In this document: positions 12,001 through 24,000 of the stretch, in pieces
How positions within the stretch are numbered: position 1 is the first letter of the stretch
Layout of the letters: every line of letters starts with the position of its first letter
Source: an uncultured bacterium
GTDB lineage: Bacteria > Omnitrophota > Omnitrophia > Omnitrophales > Aquincolibacteriaceae
Reading direction: 5' to 3'
Length of the DNA: 64,000 bases
NCBI GenBank assembly: GCA_964482725.1
Contig: CAYZYT010000005.1
Span: 88,133-152,132, forward strand
Notes under the pieces: generated by a model
Told to the model about the DNA's origin: nothing
The model's database searches: none
What the model saw: the letters and a program-made list of their open reading frames with translations, nothing else
Program-made: the position numbers and the translations under genes

Positions 12001-15000
12001 TCATTCCGACTTCTTAAAGCAACGGTCAGGGCCGGAACGGCTCTCAAATCTTTCAGCTTACCAAGCGTGTTGGCGGCATAAACGCTAACGTCTGGGTTCG
12101 AATCCCCCAAAGCATCAATAAAGGCGTGCACATATTCCGGCGTTTTAAATGTCTCAAGAATTTTACGCGCAGTAACACGAACCCTAGTATGCCAATCATC
12201 TAAAGAATAGCCTCTTGAGAAAGGGATAAGTACCGGTACGACTCGCGGATCTTTCATTTTATCTAAAGCTTCTTCTACAGCGAGCCGCATATCAGTATCC
12301 CAAGTATTTAAGGCCTGGAACAGCGCCGGGACTGCTCTCAAATCTTTCAGCTCACCAAGCGTTCTGGCAGCATAAGAACTAACGGCCGGGTCCGAAGCCT
12401 CTAGATTTCTCATAGCCTCTTGAAACCTAGCCTCATTCTCTTTCGACAAAGCATTCAGGGGAGGAACTTGGGACGTCACCTGAACGATCGCGGAATTAGT
12501 TGCGGCAGGAACCATGTCCGACGCTTTAACGGAAACAGCCATCATTCCGACAACCGCCGCCAGCATCAATTTCTTCGCAACATTTCTTCTCAACTCCGAT
12601 CGAGCAGAAGGCTGACCTTCTTGCGAAGACTGGGCCGCAGGCCTCGGGGTAGCGTCGAATTCCTTTTGCAAAACCTCTATCTTGTCGACCACCGGCTTCC
12701 ACAACTTGGCGTCTCTTGCAACAAAAGGTTCCGACTTTTTTCCCAGTTTTTTTACCCCCGCGGCAAGCTTAACCAATTTTTCCAGGATCTCATTCTCCTC
12801 GTCCGTCGCCACGCCCTCCTGGGATCGCTTGCCCTTTGCCTTTTCCAAATCCTTAAGCAGTCGCGATTTTTCCCCCGCGATGTCATTCAACTGCGCCTCA
12901 GCCTTTTCTTTCGACTCTTTTTGCTCCTTCAGAAGCATGCCGGCTACTGCCATACGGACATCACTTGTATCTTCCTTGATCCTCAGGAGCTCATCGTTTG
13001 ACACGCCGGAAAGTTTTTTCCGCTGGACGAAATCCCACCCGAACACCCCGAGGAAGCCGAGAATGCGAACGGTATAGCTGGCGACCAGAAAAACAACCCA
13101 TATCATGATCCAAGCACTATTGCCTTGCAACCCAAGCTGAAAGAGCCCGGGAGCACCGTCCATGCCGCCAATACCGGAACCGGCCGTGATAAAGAAACTA
13201 TCCTTCATAAAGATCTGGTTGAACAATCCGAAGAAATGCTGCATCACATCCCAACGCCAGAAAGCAATGGTCGCAAGGATCGACGCAACGCCTCGGATCC
13301 TCATTAAAGCCGTTGCCACCTTCTGAGGAAAAACATAGCCGCTTTGATAATCCGAAAACGGTTTGATGAAGGTCGCGTACCAAAGAGGCATGGCGAGCAA
13401 TACATAAAAGAATGGTATCCAAACTGAAAACCACGGCAAACCAAAACCGACAGCAGCTAAAGTGGCTGCAACCAGAAGCATGCTAGTTCCGATCCGTCTA
13501 AACTCCCGCGCTTCATAGGGCGGTTTTCCTATCGAATCTTTCTGTGCACGCCATGATTCTTTATACAAAAACTTAAACCATTTCAATGAACTTGAGCGAT
13601 CCGATGCCATGAATTCCTTAATCGCTATCTTCAACGCATCTTCCACGGTTTTTTCCCCGCCAGGCAAAACGCGCGCCGCAGCAATATCGGCGGCAGCTTC
13701 TTTAATATGGTCGGCAGAAGTATTCCCGAGGAACCTTGCAAAATTTTCATTAAATCCCGGATTACTCTTATCATTTTTAACAAGCCAGGATTTTTCCAAA
13801 AACGTCTTCAGACGATGCTTGTATTCCTCTGAACGCAACCCCATTTTAAAAAGAAACGAGATGACAGGAACTACAAGCAATACCCCCGCAGCGAATGTAA
13901 TCCCAGTCGCTGCCCCCATACCAATACCCACCAGCATTGTGATCATGAAAAAACCGACCATAAAACCCCGGCGGGTCGTTGACGGATAAAAATATTTAGT
14001 CGGTGTTTCAGTCCGCATGATTATGTCAGCCGGCTGGGCACCCGGCGACTCCCCGAAACGGTGCAATCGGCCTATCGCTTCGCTGACTTCGGATTGATCC
14101 CAAATATCAAAAACGGAACTAAGGTAGATCGGCTCCCCTTTTTCATCCGTCCATTCAATAAAGTCTATGACCGGTCGAAACAATTTTGCCGCCCAAGCCC
14201 CGACCTTGCCCAATTTACTCTCGGGTCTTTTTTCCATGCCGGGCCCCTTCACACCCCAACTCTCGATCCAATTCAACAAGGCCCCCAGCAACGGCGTCGC
14301 AATCACCCCACCAAGGATAAAAAAGGTAAGCAACTGGGCCGCATAGACTGCCGTTACCCCATAAATGCCTGGGATAACTGCAGCTACCAGCATGAAGAAC
14401 AGGGTCGATCGCCACAAGGGGTTACTAAAAATACCACCCGTCGGCTTATCATTAAAAAACTTGGAGGGCTTAGTAAGGGCAAAGCTTCTGCCAAAAAATC
14501 TCAGATGCAGCGTCGGGATGTCATTGGAAAGCAACCACTTGGCGGACTTTTTAGCCGTCGACAAAAAGCTAGAGTCCCGGTCGTCACCGATAAGCCCCTT
14601 GCTGTCCGCACGAACCAGAAGCGCCGAATTGACACCCTGCATGGGAGCTTGGGTCGTCGCGAGTTCTTCGAAATACGCCAGAGGCAGGCTGTCCAATGCC
14701 ACAGGGTTCCAAGGCATCCGGTTCATCACGATCATCCGTGAACCGAGGACAAATGTCCGGTACAAAAACAGCGTGAAAGACCCGGCATTTCTTGCCTGCA
14801 TTTCCTTATATTTTCGGATCTTATCAATATTGGCATGCGCGTAACGAATGATCTCCCAGCTATCCGAAGGCGTTGCGGTAACGAGCTCGTCTTCACCATT
14901 ATATTTCCCGCCTAAACCGTTATCGGCATTCATAACGCCTTTAGTCGTCGTATCGGCAAGTTTCTCCTGGGTAAGCTCCTTCACCGCGGTTTCTGTCGGA

Positions 15001-18000
15001 AACTGCCTTTCCAATTCACGAAAAACAAACCCGGAAAGCAGAAGTATCCTTGTGTAGTAGGGATTCCAGACAAAACCCTTCATCTGCCTCGCCATCAGAC
15101 GGGCAATCTTCGTGGGAATGGTGTACTTTCCAAAAGCACGGTTGTAGTTGGAAAGCGCCGCCGCAAACAATTGGGTTCGGAAAAGCATCTTGTGAATCGC
15201 CCGTCCCTGGATCCAACCCATACTGGCCCCTTTAGATCGGTAGAAAGTGGCCCCCTGCAACACTCCCACATCCGGACGATCCGCTAGAGCACGAGTAAAA
15301 TACGGCACCGAACCCGAGAACGCGAAATTTCCACCGTCCACCGTGGTGCTGAAACGAACTTTGGGGATGGGGTCACCATTCTCGTCTTTTTCTTCCCGAG
15401 GGAGAAAATCTTTGATCGCATTTGTTTCTTTGGCCACCGAATAATCAAGAAATGGCGTTTCCGGCGTAGCAATCCCTCTGATGTAGGGGTTGCTGAGAAG
15501 GGGAAAATCAAGAAGAAGTGCGTCCGTTTCTATTTTCCCCTTGTTGACAGGATCACCCTTATAAGCCTCCAGGGCTGTTCTGGTTCCGATAAGAACTTGC
15601 CGCCCGAGATAATTTCCCTTCTTCCCAAGACGGTATTCAAAAACAGATCCCTTGGAAGTACCTGCAAGATCCCCCGAGTATTTGCCTGGCGTTCCGTCTT
15701 CACCGTAACCGGTAAATGCCCCCCACATGATAACGTTTCTTGCAGGCTTGCGATCTCCCGGAAAATAAGCAATGACAATACGTTCGTGCCCCTTGACCGT
15801 GCGAGCACCATCCTGATATTCCAGATAATCCCAAAAAGGCATAATTCTCTTATGAATTTCTTCCGATATTTTCTGTTCGTCAGCACCCCACCCGCGAGAA
15901 CCGGCCATAAGGACGACACGTGTTTGCTTAAAGTTGTTCCCGATCAATATTCTGGCAAGCGCCTCAACCACGTTATCAAGAACATCAGGATCCTTTTCCA
16001 TCAACCACGGGCAAACGAACGCGACCAGCTCGCCTTTATCAAATTTGACACTCAGCCCCTTCTTTTCAAGCTTCGCCATAAAATTCTTGTCCTTGTCGAG
16101 AACCTCATTCAGATCCATGGGTTCCCCTAGATTCTTACGAATCCTATCTTCGACCGTCACGACACTCTCCCCAGCAGCGGTAACATCTTTACGTTCACGT
16201 TTCGCTGCGCCAACCGCCTGAATGTCATCGATTATCGCGTCAACCTCCCCGTCAGACTTTTCCCATCCTTTGGGATCTACATCGTCGATGATCAGCCCGC
16301 TCTGTTTATCAACCAGGGGCGACATCAAGATGAGAAGCAGGATGGGAACAACGACAAAAACCAACGCGAAAGGATTCAAGCCGAACCAAATCTTTAGTCC
16401 TGCTAAAATCGCCGTCTTAAAAAACAAATCACTCACTAATACGCCTGCAACAGCTGTGCCCGCCAACAAGATAAACCCTTTCGGACGAGCCAGAAGCGTC
16501 GAGAAAAATGTTTCGCTCAAGCTGTTGTACAAACGCTTGAATACGAACATCGACGCTATGATCACGGAAGCGAACACCGCAACCGCCCAGGGTGATACCG
16601 ATGCCAGCGCCCACCCAATAATGGTGATATCCGTAAAAGCAAACAACATTTTGGCAAGATTGATTCTAAAATCGGCCAGCCGGCGGCTGAACAGCCACTG
16701 TTTTTGCGCACCCGTGAGCCCATCCTGCCTCAATTCGGAACGCACACCGGTGCTTGGCTCTGAAGTTCTAGCCGCAGAGGTTTCGCCCGCCACGGATGAA
16801 CTCGGAACGGATGGACCAGCATCAGGTGATGCGCTCTTTTTTGAAAATTTATACTTCTCAAAAAACACAGCTCTTATAGATCTAAAGACAAATGCGAGGA
16901 AAGCCGCAAGAAAAGCTATCGAGAAAATTCCGGCAAGAGGGGCTTGCAGATTTTCAAAATTAAAATAGCGAGAGAACCATACCTTCTCGGCCTTCACGAA
17001 AGGCTGGCTCTTGTCGTTCATGAAATCCATATTCAAGCGGCGCGTGATGGCGGCAAACTTGTCATTCACCAGCTGATCCTGCGCCAAATACTCCGTCGAA
17101 GGTATCTCTTTGGAAAACAGCAACTCGAAAAGACCGATACGCTTTGACGGATCCGAGTTCTGAAGATCCTCAAGAAGTGCAATTCTCAGAGGTGACTCCA
17201 CTTTAGGGCTTGGCAGATCGGAGGGTCGGATCTTCTGCTCCCGACTCGCCTCGTAGGACACATCCAAAAGCAACTGGTATTTATCATTCACTCGCTGCAT
17301 AAAATTGTAGAGATCAAGCGGCGAGATGGCATTCGCAATTAAAAGGGTTTGGAGCCTGGCCTTCAACTCTTGGCGCGCGGTATCTTTAGTCTTAGCGTCA
17401 GGCCATTTTTCATCCATCAACGCCTCAAGGCTAAGCTTTTTCTTGTCACGATTAATGATCCTGTCCACCCACATGCGCTGAGGGTCTGCGTAGCCGTCGC
17501 GGCTGTATTCCTTAACAAGTGAAGCCGTCTCCTTTCTCAGCAACTCGATTTTCTTTTGATTCTCAGCAGAAACAGGCGCCGTTTCTAAACGATTAAGCTC
17601 CTGAAGCATTTTTTGGACACCCTGCGGCAGCCTGTTGTAGGGGCTTAGGACATTCTTTGTTCCGAAGAAGGAATCGAGGGTTCCCTGCATAAGACCTTCG
17701 ACCGTCTCGGCATCCCAAACCAGCCGATCAGGCTGCTCTGCGAGGCCCAGCTTCAACATGCCGTCCGCTTCATAGAGAATTCGCTTCACATCCGGGTTAT
17801 TGATCCCAGCCGTGATCGCGTTCGCACGCAGTGTTTTGGCGAGAGCCAGCCAATCGGTCAGATATTTTTCGGGGATATCACGGTTCGCGCTGTCTTCGGC
17901 AATGCGCTGAACTTCGTCGTTGAACTGTTTGGCACTGTATTTCATTAAGTCTTTGAATTCGAGGAAACGACCTGCCGGGCCCTTGAGCAACAATTCACGG

Positions 18001-21000
18001 GACTGCACTTTCTTAAAAAACGTTGCCCGCTCCCGGATATTCATGAGAAGCGCGGCCGGGTCGTCCTTCGCGGAAATGGCCGCCGCCTGCTCAAGGATCT
18101 CGCGCGCCCGGTGCTGAATGCGAGCACGCGTTTCTTTATTGCTGACCTTTCCGATCCTGTCGGTAAGTTGCCCGTCCGAATCCTTTGCGCCCATCATTTT
18201 GCAAACCAGGGGCAGGACAACACCGTTAAAAAAAACGGTTTCTTCGGCGGAATCCCCCGTCCGGAGCATTTCGCCCACGAGTCCGATCTTTTCTTCGCCA
18301 TCAACCTGGATCGTGGCGATCCGGCTTACCTTGTCTTCCGGTTTCATACCGGGCTTCGCATTCGCAGCGTCGATCTCCTTGTTGGCAGCGTCGATCACCG
18401 GATTCAGGCTTTCGATAACGGTATCAAGGCCCTGGTATTTACCATTACCTGTCAGAAGAAAATCATGCAGCTCCTGATAAGGATCGGCATTCTTGGCATT
18501 GAGATCTTTAGATGTCGCAACCCCGGTGAGAAAGAATTCAAGGACCTTTTCATAGGAGCTTCTCTGGAACTCGCCCTGGATGCGTTCGAGATTCGCCTGC
18601 CGGGCCGCTTCCCGCTCGCGCCGCTTTTGGCTGATCATATATTCCGAATACTTTGAATATTCCGACTTGTCATCGTGGCGCTTGCCCGCGCTTTCCAGGG
18701 CCTGACGCTCTTTTTGCTCTGCATAATGCCCGATAAACCAGCCGGCAAAATCATTAAGGAATTTCTCCTCGTCGATCTTCGAATAGTCAGCAAACTTCGC
18801 AAGATCGCTCGTTCGGCCGAACACCGCACGCCCCAGAGATTCCTTGGCTTCTTTCATCGAGATCATCAGTTCATAAATCACCGCCTCGGCCTGCGCCGGG
18901 TTATATTCAAGAACTTCCCGCTCATCTAACGTCTTCGTTTTTCGGGCTTTGATCTCCGCCATCATCTTAACGCCCCAGTCCATGCCAAGCACTCGGCCGG
19001 ACTCTGCTTTACTCTGACTGGGGGGGATATCCATACCGAATACCTGGCGATAGAGAAACCGGTAAGCCCTCATAGGCTCGTATGTTCCTGCCGGCCGCGT
19101 ATCAATATCCTGAAAAAGTTCCGTTGCATAACGCCTTTTAATCCGAGAAATCTCATATTCTGAAATCTGCAACCTGCCGTTGCGCGCCCCACGAACAAGC
19201 CCAGGCAAAGCTTCAGGAGCTGAAAAATTCCCATAAGCGCTGTACAAGGCCGCATCCACGATCGCCGCATCCGAAAGCCAATCGTAAATACGCGCCATCA
19301 TCGCCCCCTCTTTTTCGGGAAAATTCCTGTGTCCCCACACCTGCATTTCCAATTCACGGGAAACGGCACCAAATATCTTCTCACTCGCCCACGCGGAATG
19401 ATGCGCCCTGACCCAAGCGATCATCGCATCGTTAGCTTTCGCAGCTTCTTCTTCGGTGAGCTTTCCAGTCTTGACCAGCTTTTCCGGGTTATTTTTGTCT
19501 ACCACGAAACCGAATTCCCGAAGCCGTTTGGCGATCTCCTTAGGGAAATTAACGGCAATGTCCGAATTTCCGGCGGCCACAAAAGCCTTCAGCACATTGA
19601 TCTCATCTTCGATCGGCTTGATTAGGGATTCCTTCTGTTCCTTAGTCAAATCCGTCTTTGCATCAATGTCCGCTTTCCGTTTCTCATCCGCCGCCAGTGT
19701 CTTCGTTGCCTCCAATCTGGCTGTTGCGTCATAAGGGTTCATCGTCAGGTAGCGTCCTTCGACGGCCGCGGCTAAAAGGCCTCTTCCCGCGAGCAGCCGG
19801 GCATAGAATTCAAGGGCCTCGCCGGTCAGTTTCATCTGCGGATAGATCGCCTCACGGAACATGACGTTACGCGAATACGCCGACAATTCCCCGCGGACAA
19901 GGCTCTCTTCCCCGGATTGGCCGACAACGGGATAAAGCGAGTTCACGGCCTGCAGATACATTTCACTTTCAACGCGGCGAAGGATCGCCTCCTTCGTTTC
20001 GGCAGCATCCTTCTCACCCAGCTTCGCGAGGCCCCAATTGACCTGCTCCGAGATCCACGCCTTGGCTTCATTCGGACTGTAGGGTTCATTCATGAGGGCG
20101 CGCTTGCCGTCTTTATCTTTCGTGATCCTCTGCAGTATCCGGAGCCGCTCGCCTTCCGACATCCAGAAAGGCCGGGGAGCTTTCGGATCGGAGTATCCTT
20201 CAAGACGGTTTTTCAGGCTTAAGCCGGCCATTTCTTTCGCGTCCAGGACCGTGCTGACCCACTGGTAATAAGCTTTGCAAAATTCCTTGTGGTCCCACGT
20301 TTTTCCCTGCATGAGTTTCTGGATATTCACGTCTTCCGCATCCAGCTGCTCACGCGTCGCTTTCACCTGAGGAGACAAACCTTCTTGCCGGCTGGCGTTA
20401 TAGATGACGACGCGGCGACCGATGACGGCCTCGGCTTCTCTGAGGATCTCCGCCGGATCACGGACCACGTTTTTGGAAACTTCTTTCCCGGACTTTGCGG
20501 CTCTGTCTTCCTCGATCTTCCAGGCCAGATCCCGGGCCACGGCCATGATATCGCCGGGCTTGGAGCGGTCGCTCTTTGCGGCGTATTCTCCCGTATCCTT
20601 ATCGGTATCCGTAAGATACTTTTCGATCATGGGCGCCCCCAGATCGGGATCAGCGAGAACATAAAAGAGCGTCCAGGCCTTGCTTTCGTCCTTGATCGAG
20701 CCGTCATTATTTAAAATGTCTCTGAAACCGGTATCCTCCCCCGTCAGTCCGCCCGAGCGCAACTTCCGGCCGATCGCCATCATGAAACCGAACTTATCGC
20801 CGGTGTCGTCATCGCCCAGATTGAACCTTTCGTTATTGCCCGGCCAATTTTTCTTCGCGGTCAGGTCCCGCAATCCGCGGCTGAGATTGAAAACCACCCC
20901 GAGCGTTTCCTTCATTTCTTTCAGGCGCACGTTCAATTTCTTGTCGGTCCAGAGATTCCGGTCGGTGATGCGCTCGTACCCGACGCCATAAAGCAGCTCA

Positions 21001-24000
21001 TTCAAAAGGCCCATCGCGCGGCCGAGTTCTTGCCCTTCCTTGGCATCCACCATGGAAGTTTCGATAAGATCGTAAGAATCCATTTTATCCCTGAGACTCA
21101 TGGCGCTGCCTTTTTGACGCAGGTGCGTCAGGGATTGGCGCGCGGCAAAAGCCCCGGGAGAATTCACGAACGTATCTTCGGAAAGCTCCTGCATTTTTTT
21201 CTTTTCGAGCTGTTGCTTTGCTTTCAGGTCCAAGGGGTTCCCCCGGGCATCCTTCATTTCCACGCCTGAGGCGATCTGCCGGAGCGTCGTGAGAGCGTCA
21301 AATCCTTCGTTGGGGACTGGAATATTATTGGGATCCGCCATCAGGGTCTTCATGTCCCCGATCGCGTAGGCGATCGTGGCCCAATGCTCCTTGGGGATGC
21401 CCGACTGACGGAGGGCCGCTCGCACCGCAAGCGTTCGGGCCTGTTCTACCGTTTGATCCTGATCGATATGCTTGACCGCGACGGTACCGATGGAATCATG
21501 GATCAGAGCATAATGGCGTTGCTTGTCCTTCGCGCTCATCGTCTCCGAACCCTCGGCGAGCAATTCCCGCATGGGTTTCCCTTGAGCCACCGCCGTTGCC
21601 GCGTTCAACAAAGGATGCTGGGCGAGACGCTTGAGCAAGTCACGCTCCTGTTCTTTCGTCAGGATCATGGGCTCTTCTTCTTTTGTGAGGGTCTCTCCGC
21701 TTTCCTTTTTCAGCTGCGCTTCCACACTCTTCTGTAATTGTTCAAGCTCCGGAGGCGTGTAGGTCCCGTCCACGATCGCCCGGAAATCCCACGACTCTTT
21801 CTCGCCGTAGCTGCTCTCGTCGGAATTCACACGACGGTCCTGAACGGCGCGCCAGCGCTTGTTCAGGGAATAATTCGGGAAATTTTCATTGAGGATGTCT
21901 TTGTAAGGCCGGGTTACGGTATGGCCCTTATGGGTTTCGGTGACCTTTTGATCAAAGATCGCTTTACCTTTATTGAGGTCGATCACCTCGGGACGGAGCT
22001 TGGCATCGTAGGCAAGGCCCCAGATCATGCCGAATTCGGCGGGGGCGTTAATATCGAGCTGGATCCCAAGCTTCAATTTTGCTTGAGTGCCTTTATCCAT
22101 ATCCTCGGGGAACGCCGTATCGGGAAGAGCGCGGTAATATTCCTGCAAAAGGTCGCGGGACTTGACCAGGGATCCCAAAAGCTCGAGGAACCACTTTCTG
22201 GCGGCCTCGGGTGTCGCTTCGATCTTGGCTTTCTCAAGGAAATCCGGGCTCTTCAATGCCCAGTCCACATGCCGCGCAACCACGAAATCCAGAAAACCGA
22301 GATATCGCAAACTGATGCCTGCTTTTTTCAGAGCATCGCCGGTCGCGGGATCGGACAAAAAGGACGCCGAGATATCCTGCTCCCAGAACGACTGAAGCGT
22401 CTGGTTCTGGATCTTTTTGATCTCCTTCGGATAAATAGCTTCCAACAATCTTCGGTTCAGCCGTTCCGTTTCCCGGGGGGTCAAGGCGGCTTTGGGATCC
22501 AGAGCCTTGGCCAGCAACACCGTGGCCTCACTATCGAGACGGCCCAGGATCTCGGGATTTCCCTGAATGCTTTTGTAGTCGCCGGCCCGCATCCGGCCCG
22601 CGAGGATCAGATTCAGCGCGTCCGCCCATACTTCCGGGGTGACCGCTTCGCCCTTCTGGAGACGGACCCTCAAGGCATCCAGTTTTCCCTGGTCCCAACC
22701 GTCGGCCAGTCCGTTCCCCTTGAGGGAATTGGCATTCAAAGCCCCGATCAGATCACTCGCCAAGAAGATAAACGAACCTTGATTACTCAGCAACTGATCC
22801 AGCACGTGGTTATCTCGGTCATCCTCCGCGGCCTTGGCAAGCGGATCGAGATACCGTTCGAGGATACCGTCCGTTTTGAGTGTCAGGACGAGATTATGCG
22901 CATCTGCATTTGCCCCGAGGATCTTGGCCAAAAGAGTATCCAGCGACTGGGCTGCACCCATCGCCTTTATGTCCGTGTAGACCTTCAGCATGGAGGCTTC
23001 CGCTTCTTTGTATTTAGTTTTCGCGGCGTTATGGCTCTTCTCAAACGGCTCGAGCGCTTTCGTTGCCGCGTTCAGTTTTTTTCCAACATTTTCGCGGGTT
23101 TCCTTTGCCGTGCTCAGTAGGCTGCTTTGAATGGAAGGAGCCGCTTCCGCCGTAGGCGTCAGGCGGTCATATTCCCGCTGGAGGGCGTCGACGATTTTTT
23201 TCTGGGCCAGAAAGGCCGCGTAAGCGCTGCCGCGCACGGTCGCAGCCTCTTTCAACGCCGTTTCGACCTCTTTGACGCGGTTCGCCACCAATTCTTTTTC
23301 TTTTGCGGCATCTTTGACATCGCCCAGCCCAAAGGCCTTGCGGGCCTCCTCCGCTTTTTTTACGGCGGGCACATCCATCGCTTTCATAAGTTCAAGGGCC
23401 TTAGGTTCAAACTCCGGACGTTGATCGGCTTCGCTGATCAGCTTTCTCGTGGGACCTGTCTGGTCGAGATTGATCTCTTTTCCATAAGCCGTGAGCAGTT
23501 CGTCAGCCTTCGCGGGCTTTTCAGCCTTCTGCTGCGCCTCAGTACGGGCCTTCACGGTCTCCCAAGATGCCGCGCGGGAAGCCTCAACGGCGACCCCGAG
23601 AACCGTCGGATCGATCTGGCCTCTCAAAAGGAACAGGCTGAAGTTGGTCCAGTTCCAGGTGTGGGCTTCGCCGACATCGTGGTAGGCCTGGTACGCTGCC
23701 ACTAATTTTCTTTCATAATCAAGCCCGGCGTCCCCGCCGACACGGCCAAGCGACGTGCTCTTCTGATTCTCTTCCCAGCCGTCGAGAAGGATCTGCAAGT
23801 TCTCCCGCGCAAGTTCCATCTGTTTCGCGGTACTTTCCAGACTGATGAGGTTCCGTTCCATCTCAAAGAAAATGGCTTTTCCGCTTTCCTCGATCTGATC
23901 CGCTTTCTTTTCCTGCTGGTATTCATTCATCCGGAGACGTAAAAAATAATCGCCCCCCATGAGCCGCAGGTTATAGCCGATTTTTGCGCGGAAAGCATCC

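Noticed and set aside
14030-14100. EAIGRLHRFGESPG resembling SecA motif VI (GRxGRQGDPG)
   Set aside because: It sits between TM helices of the GT2-like module; I found no Walker A or DEAD motifs nearby.
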